Assembly: GCA_013239625.1 (NCBI GenBank) | Contig: MU054212.1 | Span: 2,356,001-2,420,000, forward strand | DNA length: 64,000 nucleotides | Direction: 5' to 3' | Source: Lama guanicoe | Taxonomy: Eukaryota | Shown: positions 51,282-64,000 of the stretch, piece by piece | Layout: the number at the start of each line of letters is the position of its first letter | Numbering within the stretch: position 1 is the first letter of the stretch | Made by a program: the position numbers and the translations under genes | Notes under the pieces: model-generated | The model's input: the letters and a program-made list of their open reading frames with translations, nothing else | Told to the model about the DNA's origin: nothing | The model's database searches: none

Positions 51282-53021
51282 GTCAGTACAGAAACATCTG
51301 TGAAGAAAAGGAAACTTCTTGCAGGTGAGGCAAGATCCGTTTCTCCTGAGGAATGACTGATACTGCTGAAGGCATTTTTACTTGCAAGAGAACTTCACTA
51401 GAACATGCAGGTGAGCCTTAGCACACTGAGGAAATGGGAGCCCCGGTGTATGGCTCCCTTCATGTTCTTACATCTCTTTTTCTCTTCTGCTACCACCTCT
51501 CAGTCTGTTCATAGAAAGCAGCGTGCACTGTGGAAGATTACCATTTTATGCTGTGCTGCTTTTATTCCTTAAACATCCTCAAAAATGATTTTCTGCAACA
51601 TAACAGGAGCACTTACAAATATCTTGGTGATGACACAGAAAATCTGAACACTTCAGCCATTCTGTCAATGTTTGAGGGACAAAATATTCCTGACCCAGCT
51701 CAAGCTGAAAAGCAAGTTGCTGAAACATCACCTAAAACAGGAGGTTCCAATTCATTGAAACTCAACTTATTACATGCTTGAGCAACTCCTGGAACAAGAA
51801 AAACTCTGCAAGATTTTGCAGGCCAGGGTGTGAGAACAGAAAAAAAAAAAAAGGAGCTATTCTTTGAACCTTTACTCAGTGGAGTCTGACAAGCTGTGTG
51901 GACCGTCATCCTCCTGCTCGGGAAGTCACTGCTGTCAAAGGCCAGGCTGGACTAGGTGCTGGACTACTGAGCAGGTGTCTGGATCTCTTGGTCAAATCAA
52001 AGCCAACTTAATTTGAAGTCAAGAAAATACTCCTCAGATTAGACCCAGGCATGCCTCCCATAGGCCTGGGAAAGAAGGAAGTGTTGGTAAGAAGATAAAG
52101 CTCTTCTTAAGCACAGTTCTCGACTGATAATCCTATCCCTGTTTCTTGAATGGCCTTGATCACTCTAGTGAGGTTGATTTAAGCCAAATCTGCATGGGAC
52201 CCCAATTCCTTCCTCCCTTCTCAGGGTCAAGGGCATCTCAGGAAAACAAGGTCTCTTCAATTTATCTTGAAATGCAAAAAAACAATTGTTTCCTCTCATG
52301 CTCTAGTTGGTAAGCCAGTGGCAACACCTGCCATGGATGCTGGAGCTGAGAAGTGGTGGTGGAGGTGGAGGAGGTAGAGGTATCATGTGTTTTAAAGGCT
52401 CATTCTCATGTGCAGCCAGGGCTGACAGCTTCTGCCTTCTGAGATGTAAGGGAAACTTTCAACTTTCTGGCTCCTGGTCTCCCGCATGGAGGCCCAATTG
52501 TTGCTCAAATTCTTGGCAAAAAAAATGATTATACCCCAACAAAAATCAATATACTTAACATAGTTTTTATGCCAATATCTAAAAGGCTATCTTCTTTTTT
52601 AAAGTTTATGGAGAAACAGTTGGTGTAAGGCAAAGCAAATTAGATGAGCAATGCCCCATTCCAACCCTCTGCACTTTAGCAGTTGGTCATTCCAGCCATG
52701 CATTTGCTAAAATTCAGTGTTCACTCCAAAACAGTGGCTGATGGCATTGTCTTTGTGTCTATCTTAGTTTTCCATTTACTGGGAAGCTTATTTCACTAAA
52801 ATAGGCATTTGCAACAGTGTGAATACATGACTGTAAATATAAAAATTCAAGTCCTAAAACAAAAGATTATTGCTTTAAAACTAAGGTCATGGGATTTTTA
52901 AATACATTGTTATTTCCATCCAGAATTGCCCCTAAAAAACTGTTAATTTAAAAAAGAAAAACAACTCTGTATTGCATTTGAGTCACCTTGCTCTACATGC
53001 TTCATCAAGCTAAAGCTTCCA

Positions 53022-53332
53022 GATCAGTGCTGGCCACCAGAAATATGGTATGAACCAACTGTGCAATTTTAAATTTTCTAGTAGGAATATCAAGAATGAT
53101 AAAAAGAAACAGCTGAAATTAATTTAATAATACATGTTATTTAATCCAATCTGTCTAAAATATTATCATTTTAACATGTAATCAATACAAAAAGTTATTG
53201 GGGTTTTTTTACATTATTTATTCTTATAAAGTCTTAGAAAGTTGAAGTGTATTTTGCAGTAAAAGCACATCTCAACTGGAACAGGCTTCTTAATTTTCAA
53301 GTGCTAAATAGACACTGAAAAGCACAGTCCTA
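53022..53332. mobile_element. MER33/MER3-type hAT MITE
   Basis: aattttaaattttctagtag...gaaattaatttaataatac...aaaatattatcattttaacatgtaatcaat...gcacatctcaa. Confidence 0.8.
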
Positions 53333-53429
53333 AACAGAACAGCTGCCCAATCGGCATGATGATTGGACTGTCAGCTGTAATGATGATGATGCAGAAGAAA
53401 TTACCCAGGTTTTGGTCCATCCAGGCCTA

Positions 53430-53640
53430 TTTTCAAATCCTGAACCACTACTCATTGGCTGTGTGACCTTGCACAAATCACTCAGCATCTCTGAACTTTA
53501 ATCTCATCTTTTAAGTAAGGATATTAATTCCTGCATTTCAAAAGATTATTGTGTTAGATGAAACATACACATATGTGAGGTGTTTAGTACAATAGCTGGC
53601 GCACAGTAGGAACTCAATAATAGGCATTTAACATTATTGC
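53430..53640 (+). mobile_element. MIR
   Basis: ggctgtgtgaccttgcacaaatcactcagcatctctgaac...ctggcgcacagtaggaactcaataa. Confidence 0.8.
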
Positions 53641-55769
53641 TATGATTCATGGACTATACACATGTAACAATGACTATAAAACACGTCTTTTTTTTTAAAT
53701 CTGGAAAAAAATCTATTTCTAATTTTATCTGAAAAATATTCTAATCAAATCAGAATTTCTCTGTACTACTGGTTACACATTGTTTTGTTGTTACTGCAGT
53801 TAGAAATATTGAATCTAATAAAGTAACACTGATAGATCTAGGACCCTGTAATTTTTAAACCTTCAAGGAATAGAGACTCTAAAAAGCTGCTATTTGCAAA
53901 TGGCAAGCACCTGCACTTGATATTCTTCAGCATACACTGCAATTTGCTGTCCCATCATAGGAGTTACCTGAGACTTATGGTAGACAGTTATGTTCTAGGG
54001 CCACAGGGGAAGACCCTACATGTGGGTTTCCCTAAGGAAAGCAGACATCACTTGGGAAAGTTGGGAACCTACACTCCAGAGAAAAGAGATACGATAAAAA
54101 TCATTCCCAACAGGAATGAGAAAAGACCAGGGCAGAGAAGTCCCTCAAAGCAGATATATATGGAGGGGCTTAGACCTGTGAATCCTGGGAAGGGTCTTAC
54201 CTAGTATTTGGTTTTAAATTTCTCTATGTTGTAATTTCCTTCTCATCCCTAGCATTCAGTAAAATGTTGTTAAATATTATAATACAATCTCAGCTGTCAT
54301 AGTGGGAAGTTTAAAGGGAAGAACTAGACCCATTCCTAACACAGAGCAGTACCAGGAAGTGAGGGGAAGCCTCAGGAAGGAGGGGGAGCCTAAGATGGCA
54401 GAAGGTGACCCACACCAGATGTCATAAGGACATGGGAGCAGGAGCAGCAGGATGCAGTGGCAGTGCTGGCCAAGGGGGCATGCACCAGCGATGACAGATG
54501 GGGGAGAATGTCAGCCTCCCATGGGGAGACCCAAAAATGTAAGAGGGGATTATCTCATTAAAGAAACTGAACTTCAAAAGGATAGGTGCTCAATTATTAT
54601 AATGTAGACATTGGAAAGAATTGTGGCAACATTTTGTACCACACTCTATGGGAGGCTTGAACATTCTTGCTACCTAATGGGGAAATACTAACTTCTCTAG
54701 CCATTTCTCACACAGCTGTATATTCTTAGACAAACTATTTGAATTCTCAGACCTGAGTTTGCTCATCCTCAGAATGAGGGAATTGAACAAGGTGGTATGA
54801 AGTTTATTCCAGAGATAGAATTCTAATTACGTCATGATTTGAGTACCAGCCACCTAATGCATTTAGTGAGTAGATGCTAGATTTGGACATAGCTTCATCG
54901 TTCAAGTTTAAAAAGCCATTCAATAACCTGACTCCACATAGTAGCAGAAATATCCTAATTGCACACTTGAATCAATTCAAGTAAGAGCAAGTTTAATAGA
55001 TCTAGTAAAGATGTAAAAAGTGATAGAAAACCACTAAAAAAAATCAAATGTAAGTTAGGGTATGTCCATTTACTTTATTGGAACATTAAGATCTCAAGTT
55101 TTACTACACCTAATTTTAGACTAATTCAAGTCTGTCTTGGTATGAGGATGAACACAGTAGGTGCTAAATGAGAGTTGAGCAAATGACTAAAAAATGCTGT
55201 CAGACATATTCAGTTAACTCCTATTTCATACCCTTCAGTTTTTAACCTCATTACATCCATTATGGCTGGTTTAGTGCTCAGAAATAAAAACTTACTATTA
55301 TTTTAAAATGAAATCTGATATGCCATCACAAATGATACCAATGATGAAGAAAAGAGGTGTGTGGACATGTAAAACAAAACAAAACGAAACAAACCCAGCC
55401 ACCCACATATACACAGAGAATTCTCAAATGAAATTGTGGGGGTTTTTAAAAGAGTATTATCAAAAGAAATAGCTGGCAAGGCTGTTGATCAAGGTAAAAT
55501 ATTAAAGTGGTCCATGGCAATAAAGGAGGACACAGTTTAGAGTGAAATGAGGTTGCCAAAAAAAAAAAACCCGAAGATAAGAAACAGGGGTTTTCTCGGC
55601 TTGGTCTGAAGCAAGAAGAAGGAGCAAAGGGAAAGTGGTAGCTTGGAGAAGATGGCATAGGGGTAACACTTTGGCAAAAGGGCAGAGCTATGAAGTTCCA
55701 GGTTAAGTTTATTCTCCATAGAAGAACATAATATTCAACCTGAGAAGGGTAGAATAATCTTAATAAAAA

Positions 55770-57330
55770 GGAACATAAAGTTTAGATAGTTAAGAAAGAT
55801 AAAAGTTTGTTTTTAGGTCCTAAGAATGCTATCCAGTGTGCTCAAAGAATGTTCCACTGTTACTACTCAGCCATTGTTGAGGAATTATTAAAAATAGAAG
55901 AAGAGCTAACAGGTTAAGAATGAGAAAATATTACACAATTTGCAAAAAGGAAGAAAAAGTTGATTCACTGGATGGTCAATGGATCCTGCAGAAATCTAGT
56001 CTGAATTAATAAAACTACGGTTTGTAAACTTTAAGAAAACAATATGGTTGTTTTACTAGAACCAAAAGGAACTCACCAAGAACATCCTGAACCAATCTGA
56101 CTTTAATCCTTATTAATAGAATTGCTCAGAGAATAGACTATGTCAAAGGCATAGTCTCTGGATCTTATGAAAGCACTTGAAAAAGCCTTAAACTTCCCTT
56201 GTAGAGAAAAATATTAAATATGGATGGGGAAAGATAGAAGGTAAGTTAGTTCATAGGTACTCAAACAGTCACAACATCAGAAAGTATTAATCAATGGCAT
56301 GGAAAAAAATCTCATCCTTCTCAACATTTTTACTAGTTATTAAAGGTAAAAACATAGAAAGTATACTTATTCAATTTAAGGAAGACACAACACTGGGAGA
56401 GTTCTAGTCAAAGCCCTAGGTTTCATACTTATTGCCCTGACTTGGGACATGTGCCATCACTGATCCAGCTACAGTGATTTAATGCTTTGATTGTCCAAGC
56501 TTGGAGAACACATCCACTCAAAGTCCAAGGAGAAGAACAGGGAGGAAGTTGTTCTTTAAAGAGATACTACTGTGCAGGCAAAATACAGCAAACAAGTACA
56601 CCAAAAATTATAGGCTAAAATAATAGGTTAAAAAAAGATTAAATAACAAATTAAAAGTCCTGAACTTGATTTAAAACAATCAGTTTCATAAATTTTAGAT
56701 GAGGATAGACGACATTTGTCAACAAACGGTTCATGTGAAACAGATTTAAGAGACTGCGTTACACAATAAGCTCATTATGAATCAACAATATGCTACAAAA
56801 ACTGGAAGAACTAATTCAATTTTAGGTTGCCTTAATAGAAAAGTCATAACCCAACTGTGGGATGTTATGGTCCCACTGTTTTCTTCACCAGTCAGGCCAC
56901 AGCTGAATATAACATTCTGGAAGAACATTCCCAAGGAACAGAGCATCCAGAGGAGGCAAACTAGGATAAGGAACTAAAAACTTGGGGGAAGACCCGAAGA
57001 AGTTGGAGATTTCCAACCTGGGAAAGAGAAGACCAAATAGCAATGTTGAAATATCTGAAAAGCAATCATATGGACATAAGACTGACTTTATCTGTGCCAC
57101 TTCAACAGGAAGAACTAATACCTAAAATGAAATTAAAGGGAAATAGATTCTGGTACTGTCCAGTACTATAGTACAAGTAGTACAGCCCAGCAAAATAACT
57201 GACTCCCTTGAGATGAAGTCAGCTTCTCTCAAATGCAACTATCAGGGACGTTGTAGAATTGTCTTAGGAACTAGTCATCTCCTAAGATCTCTCTCCCAAC
57301 TCTTGAAGCTTATGATCCAGTGATTCCATG
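55770..57330 (+). mobile_element. L3/CR1 LINE RT region, interrupted by an MLT1-like fragment (~56400-56600)
   Basis: ORF 56777-56977 NSILGCLNR...VMVPLFSSPVRPQL...FW...IQRRQTR resembles the CR1 ORF2 motif ILGCI.R...LPLYSALVRPHL...FW...VQRRAT. Confidence 0.8.
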
Positions 57331-58619
57331 AATGTTCATTAACTTCTCTACTATGGAAAATTTAACAGGAAATGCATAACCTTTCTTAATTTCCAAGAGT
57401 GGAGAAAGAACTCAGGCCTTCTGGGTCTGTTACATGACTATGACTAAGAGAATTCACCACTCTGGCTGACTGGAAGAAGTTCAGTGCTGTGTGCAAGTAA
57501 ACTCCCTGTGGATGAGTTTTGGAATACAAGACACCAAGGAAACTGAGGGTTTGGACAAATGTCTCACTCATGTTGACACCTTCATGCATTTGCATCAGCT
57601 CGATGTGTGTTTTAAATAAATTATTATCTGGTAATTATTCTTTTGTCTATTTCTTCAGGGAAATAGTTCAAGTTTCTATTAAAATAATTTAGATCATCCA
57701 TGGATTTCTTTATTAATGTTATTTTCAACAAGATAATACAAAAATATAATAAACTAGCAAGTGTATTGTAAAAATATAATAAAGTATCTAAAATGTTTTA
57801 TAAATTCTCAAACAGTACATACATGTAAAGAGTTACTGTAATTATTATTAATTCCACCATGGCATAGATAAATTAGAGTTAGCTGCATTAGAATTTTCTT
57901 TATGAAATTATGAGGATTTACTAAATCCTTGGAAGACACAAAATAATCAGGAAAAGGGTCATATTCCTCTGAACTGAGAACTACTTTTAGCCTAAGGAGA
58001 TGCTGCATAGATAGTGTGCACTTAAATGTCACTGAATAGCCATGAGGATTAAATGGAATTTTGTCCAAGAAAAGTGTTTTGCAATATGTTATGTAATTCC
58101 AAAATCAAAATATTATCATTCTGTCCTCATTATTAGCAATTTTCATTATCCTACTACAATGAGTTAGCTGCAGAAACATAGATGTCTCAGCTAGGTCAAC
58201 TCTACCTGATAATTAATAACAGAATTCTGGAAACCACTGAGGCAAAATCAGGTAACAGTTTCCTCACCTGTGAGAGACTGGAATACATGAAATCAGCTTA
58301 ATTATTAATTATTATCAGAGGACACAATCTCAAACATAGAGACTTTGTGGCCACTCTGTATATCACAAATCACTCTCATAATATTCCTTATGTTAGCACA
58401 ATTGTATGGTAAAAGCTCTAGATCAATAATAAAAGTTAGTTATGTAGGAGACCTATATTAAGACTACACTCTTAAAAAGAAGCACTGAAATCATTTTGAT
58501 TCTCCATTACTATAATTCCAAAAGGCCAATACATAGGATTCATAAAGCCTAAATATCCTATAGATTTACGTTAGTGGCTTTTGAACAAGATCTCATAATC
58601 CGGGATGTGGGTAACTAAG

Positions 58620-58790
58620 AAATAGTGAAACTGAACCTTCTCATTTTGCAAATGAGAAAACAGAGACTCATAGCAAAGAAGTGCCTTACCCCAGGGGAGA
58701 CAGGACTTAGACAAGAGACTGGAATTTTTAGTGCTTCTTGGGAAATCTTTATTCTTAACAGTAAAATCTGACCACATATTTAATAAAACC
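58620..58790 (-). mobile_element. MIR
   Basis: ctcattttgcaaatgagaaaacagagactca...gtgccttacccca. Confidence 0.7.
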
Positions 58791-60579
58791 ACCCAATAGG
58801 TATGCAGTCCTTTCTTTTATGGTCATCACCCTCATCAAATATATATTATTAAACATCTGAAAGGAGGCAAGGTCTGATATAAACTGCATGCTATATTTTA
58901 AAGGCTATGATTTATTTCTAGTAATAGCCAAGATTACAATCAAAAAAAGGATCAAAAATGTGACTCAATACAGCTACATACACAAATATGCAGGCAACCA
59001 GAATTACTCTGCTGCGTGAGAAAGGTCTGCAAAGAAATGTGTCCATGCATGTAGAGCTATGGAAAACCTGAAGGACTTGTAAGAAATAGATAATAAGTGG
59101 GGAATATTGACCTTGTTTCGATTTGGGGTCAAAAAATGCAAAGTGATTCTTTTGCATATTTTATTTCCCTGGGGAGCACAGGACTTAATTTAAAAAAAAA
59201 AATTCTTGAGCAATGCAATTTCTGTAGTTGCCAGGGGTGCTTTTTTTTTTTTCTTTAGCTCTATTTTACCTCAAATTATTTTTGCATTGTTCAAAAGCCA
59301 AAAAGAAATTTTTGGTGAAATTTAACCCGGTCAAGATAGATGTTAACTGCAATATTATAATACTAATTTGTGCGTCCTTACTCAACCATAGGAAACTCAT
59401 TATGTCCTCATTTAACATTCTGAAAAGATTTTTAGAGCATTTATAGGTTCAAATGGAAATAAATATAACTATATGTGTAGAATTGTCATTTTAATCAAAT
59501 TAAATTTTCCAATTAGTGAAAGAAGTCTTGTTAGGATCACCCATAATTCATGTTCATAGGAGACCTCAGTTTAGAAGACCATTTGGAACAAGAAATTTGA
59601 TTCTTGCAGTGATGTGTTTATCAGTTTTTGTGATTCTATTAAACACAGAAATACTATTTTATAATAATGTATTAATGATCTGTAGTTTGACTCTTTTAAA
59701 ACGCTGACTAGTTAAGAATTCAAGGGTTGAATGTTGAAAATGATTAGAAATTGAATAAATATATTCCTAAGTAGCATTACCTGTTTAGAAGAAACAAAGA
59801 ATTGAAATTTTGCTTCTCATAATAAATGAAAACCCTGCATTCTTTCAGTGCAAGGGGCTAAATGCATATCCACGCTGGTTAAAAAAAAAAAGTACATGGC
59901 CTTAATATCTATAAAGTGTAAGTAAGAGGAACCAAATCAAAATAGAAAGTTGAATCTGGTCAGCTTGAAGTATTTAATAGTATCATTAATAATAGATTCA
60001 TAAACTGTGTCCATTTAAATACCAAAGTTGAGTTCTTAAGCAGAATAAATAAATATACTCGGTGGAATCAGACTTTTTAAGATGACTCATTACTTTCAAC
60101 CCTGACATTCAGCTAATGATGATACATTACACTGCATTTATATCACATCACATTTATATTACATTAGGAAACTAGCTTTATGACCCCATGTTCAATATTT
60201 TTAAAAAAAAATTTCTTCCAAACTTACACTTTTTTTTAACTTCTGAATTCAAAAAGCACAAATATGTGCTCTATAATTAACATGCTGCCTGAGGTTTATA
60301 AAATTCAGAAAGCAAGAGTTTCCAGGATTCCTGAAGAGATTTAACCTTACAAGACAGATGGTCTGAGCCATCTCATCAGCAGGCTCAGAATTGGGTCTAG
60401 GTAGAGGAGGCTGTGACCCCAGATGTATGATTGGAAGGGGACTGGAAAATGTCTTCTGTTCCACCCCTGGCCTGAATAGCATTTGTTACTCTGCTTTGAA
60501 AAAAAAAAAAAAAAAGCATACCTGTGGCTCGGGGCTGTATCGGCCAGAGTCCTCTGTTAAAATTCATCCTACACATGGC

Positions 60580-60913
60580 TGAATGCATTTGTTCAAGAAA
60601 TATTTACTAAGTACCTACTATGTTCTAAGTCCTATGAGGAATACAGAGATATATGAGCTGTAAGACTGCAGAATACTAGCGAGTGGAAAAAAATTAGGGA
60701 CAGAAAAGTCTGGGTTCAAGCCTTCTCATCACACCTTACTGGTGACAGAATCATGGGAAAGTAACTAAGCCTCAGCATCCTGATCCGTAAAATGGGTGGA
60801 TGGTAGTACCCCCTATCTCAGGATTGGATCATGATTAACTAACTAAACACATGGACAGGACTTATGAGAGTGCTTTACACATACTAAATTTTGAATAGTT
60901 ATAGCTATTGCTA

Positions 60914-60954
<41 letters not shown>

Positions 60955-61135
60955 GGCATAGACACTACCTTCAAGGAATTTAAAGTGAAAGAGGGAGATG
61001 AAGTGTATGCTTACTTAACAGTGAGTAGTTCAGAAAAAGAAAAGATGGCCTCCAGAAATAGGGGCCAGGGAAAGTTTGAGGGAAAAAAGTCACATTTGAG
61101 ATGGATCTTAAAGTCTGAGCAAATATTTCTTTAAA
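60580..61135 (-). mobile_element. L2 (reverse) with a nested + strand MIR (~60680-60912)
   Basis: cattt gttcaagaaatatttactaagtacctactatgtt (L2 tail); ctgggttcaag...gcctcagcatcctgatccgtaaaatgg (MIR); L2 resumes at ~60955. Confidence 0.7.
60914..60954. repeat. (ATT)n microsatellite at the MIR tail
   Basis: direct reading. Confidence 0.95.
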
Positions 61136-61259
61136 AGTTGGAAGCACCTTAACACCCGATCAAGATTTACTTTATTCACTCATTCATTCATTGATAATGA
61201 ACAATCTTTGAGTTTAAAGAGCTACCTGAAAAGAATGGGTACGTTTTGATTACTATAAA

Positions 61260-61830
61260 TGAGTATGGGGCTTTGTTTTGGGGGTTATGTCACTTGCAGA
61301 TGTGTTGAGTCCCTCAACGTCTGTTTTTAAGCTTTTCTTTGGTGGGTCTTGTGTAGCCTTTACTCCAGGGATTTAACTCTGCTGCTACTGTGTGATCTCA
61401 GGATATCGCTGAGCTTACAAGCCCTTGGTTGGCCTTTGCTCAGCCTTGTGGTGACATAGCTACACGCACAGCTTGGTGTTCAAAAAAGACCCAAAGGGAC
61501 GCCCTTACAGATTTCTAGAGCTCTTGTCTTTCATGGCTTTTTCCTTTCTTAAACTCTTCCCTGCAAATCTCAGCCATCTCAGCCTCCCTATATTCTGGTC
61601 ATCATGTCTTCTGTGGGTTCCCCCTTTCCTGTGCCTGTTGCCTAGAATTTTCCTGTCCAAAAATGGGAGACTGTAGAACTAACATCATTTTTCCTTTCTC
61701 TGTGGAAGAAGTCCTGTGATACCCGTTGTTTGATGCCTGTAAACAGTTGTTTTAAATTTTTTTAAATAATTTTCTAATTTACTGTAAGAAGGTAAGTTCA
61801 CTCCTTATTACCTGCTTATGGCTAGAAGCA
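61260..61830 (-). mobile_element. Old L1M 5' UTR fragment
   Basis: cagatttctagagctc...ccctgcaaatctcagccatctcagcctccc...tggctagaagc, typical of reverse L1MC/ME 5' ends. Confidence 0.6.
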
Positions 61831-62459
61831 CAAATCCAAGATTGAAGACGCTGAAGATATAAATTCTGACTCTTCTATGGTGAATAATGTCAATCAAACG
61901 GACAAGAAACACTATAGTGAAGACAATCATAGTCTATTAGGGCTTGTACTTTTAAAAAATGACTGCTAAAAAGCATTCGCTAATATTATTTTATCCATTT
62001 GGAGGAATATTTCTAGAGGAAAACTGCAGACCCCTACCCAAATCAACATTTTTAACAATGACTTTGATTAAATTTGACAAAATAAAGCTAAAAAGATTAG
62101 CTACTTTTCTGCGTGAATTCAGAAATCTTTCCATAGCTGGGACAAGATGGAATTTAATGAAACTAAATGAAAAAAATTTTAAGTTCAAAAGACGATGGAC
62201 AGAAGCTGTCTTATGCAATTTACATGAGAAACGTCTACCATTTTATTTGGCCACAAGCTTAACTGTGCTGTCACTGATTTTTTCAATATATGAGAAAAGG
62301 AAAAAAGGAAGGAAGGAAGGAAACGGACAGAAAAAGAAAACTTTAGACCAAAGACAATAATCCTGCCTTCAGACACCAGAGGGCAGGAACTTTGCTTTGC
62401 TTATTAATGCATCCTCCTCACAGTGCTTTAAACAATCTCAATATGATTTTGTGCAATAA

Positions 62460-62880
62460 CTTGTGTTCAGTTTCAGGCATCACACTTTAAATGATCCATT
62501 GAAAATGTTCAGTGCACCCAAAATAGGAAACGCAGCATTCCGGTGATTCTGGAGAGTATCCCAGTACAGAAATGTTTGAAAACATTTTGTGTTCAAACCA
62601 AAGAAGATAAAGCTGAGGAGAGAAAGGTAGACTATCTTCAAACAGTTGAAGAACTAGCAAATATTTGATGTTGTCAAATTGCTCTGTGTGTTTCAGGATA
62701 GAATGCTACAACCAACAGGGGGAACTTACAGGAAAATAGGTTTGGGTCTAATAATGAAACAGTATCTTTCTACAGTAGGAATGAGGTCACAAACATTGAA
62801 CTTAATCAGCGCATCCACCATTTGAAATATTTTGAAGAGGTGCTTTAAGGCTGCTTAGGAATTCTATTTCCCTTCCATCT
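62460..62880 (+). mobile_element. L3/CR1 3' fragment
   Basis: tgtgttcagtttcaggcatcacactttaa...tcttcaaacagttgaag...ggaacttacagg. Confidence 0.6.
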
Positions 62881-64000
62881 CCGTAAGTACATGACTTTTT
62901 AGTATCAGTAAAGTAGAATAAGTATTTTTACCTCCCTCAAGGTCATGACAAAAAATCCTTAGTCATCATTGTTTAACTGTCATGTCTTCTACCACAGGCC
63001 AGTGTTTTTGCTATGAGAGGATAATCAGTCTCAAACTTCACCCCCTACAGAAACTGTTGAGGAGGAGATGGATAAGGAAGAAGAGCTGAGGAAAGTAATG
63101 GAAGTACATAAGTATTCTGTGTTGGGAGACATGAGAAAAGCACACAAAAAAAGCTCCAGCCCTTTCCATGGACTAGCATATTCTACAAACCATCTGGCTG
63201 CTGCACAGTGCCCTGCATTAATAGACAGTATGTTCATTCTGATACCATCTTCTTAACTGTTCCAGTCACTAAAATATAAAAATGTAGATCTATGGCAAAA
63301 TGCAATCATTGAAAGCAAGTAATAGGCACATTGGGATTAATTATACCACTGTCTCTACTTCTGTGTATGTTTGACATTGGTCCATACTAAAAAGTTCTTA
63401 TTTTTTGTCTAGCAGGTATCTTCCAAGTATATTCAGAAATGTTCAGGAGAAGCACTGGATCCCTTCTCCTAAATGTGCTGTTGCATGTGGAGGGAGCTTT
63501 GCTAGTTCAACACCCCTTGCCTCTACGACCTCTGGCTCCAACTTCCCTTGGGAAGGAACCTATCTGATAGGTGAGTTTGGGATAGGGAAATGGATACCCA
63601 GCTCGTCTCCTTCCCCTCCCTCATTTCAAGAAAAGCTCAAACTTGGTCTACTCTTCATACTGTAGGTGCATAGAGGCAGCTCCCGTAAGAAGAGGCTGGT
63701 TCAGTGGTACCTGTTACCAAGACAGTAAGCCCAATTCTGGGGTGAAGTATTAGAAAGTTCATTGCTGCTGCATATCTAAGCCTTGTCATCTAATCCAAGT
63801 TTTGTAAAGCTGACAGTTTTAAGCCAATCTATCTGAAATTTTTCTCTTTCAGAGAATCCAGAACTCTGCCCCCAAAAAAGGATGCTTACTTAGCATTGGA
63901 CCCTTAAAGCCCCAGCAGTTCCTACCCCATGACAAGAAAGCATTTCCACTCCTCTCCTGGCATGTTCATCCTTATTAACCAACCTTCTTGAGAAATGTCT

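Noticed and set aside
51530..51781. ORF with protein-like composition (…DDTENLNTSAILSMFEGQNIPDPAQAEK…)
   Set aside because: Non-ATG start, no donor site in frame, not recognised
57913..57929. Palindrome aggattta-c-taaatcct; also an imperfect hairpin at ~40699-40729
   Set aside because: Short AT-rich inverted repeats of this size are expected by chance in 64 kb
62372..62392. CTCF-like caccagagggcag
   Set aside because: Lies in an L2-like gagggcagg(g/a)ac context; the motif alone is insufficient
63068..63256. ATG-initiated ORF MDKEEELRKVMEVHK...
   Set aside because: Short, purine-rich, no recognisable homology or splice context
1..64000. Prokaryotic-type systems (CRISPR arrays, operons), NUMTs, processed pseudogenes
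   Set aside because: No repeat-spacer arrays, long ORFs, mitochondrial-like sequence or poly-A/TSD-bounded mRNA copies seen

Overview
Mammalian (eutherian) genomic DNA, AT-rich, with no protein-coding gene I can recognise. The ORF-track hits are short chance ORFs or decayed LINE frames. The window reads as a large intron or gene desert. It carries ancient repeats (MIR, L2, L3/CR1, L1M, MLT1, MER21-like and LTR33-like LTRs, hAT MITEs) and two younger L1 3' ends of cetartiodactyl type. I saw no Alu, B1/B2, Bov-A/Bov-tA, CHR-2 or PRE-1 SINEs, which tentatively suggests a camelid. The clearest structural oddity is a ~2.06 kb near-identical tandem duplication (8972-11033 / 11034-13090), either a recent CNV or an unmerged-haplotype assembly artefact. 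Other points of note are an L1 with a 5' inversion, a 73-bp L1 stub with a perfect 14-bp TSD, and template-switch micro-inversions. Several repeat-free, motif-dense blocks look like conserved enhancers, and a few short exon-like segments may belong to an unannotated transcript. Repeat family names are from recall of consensus sequences, not from a search. I found no convincing novel biological system.
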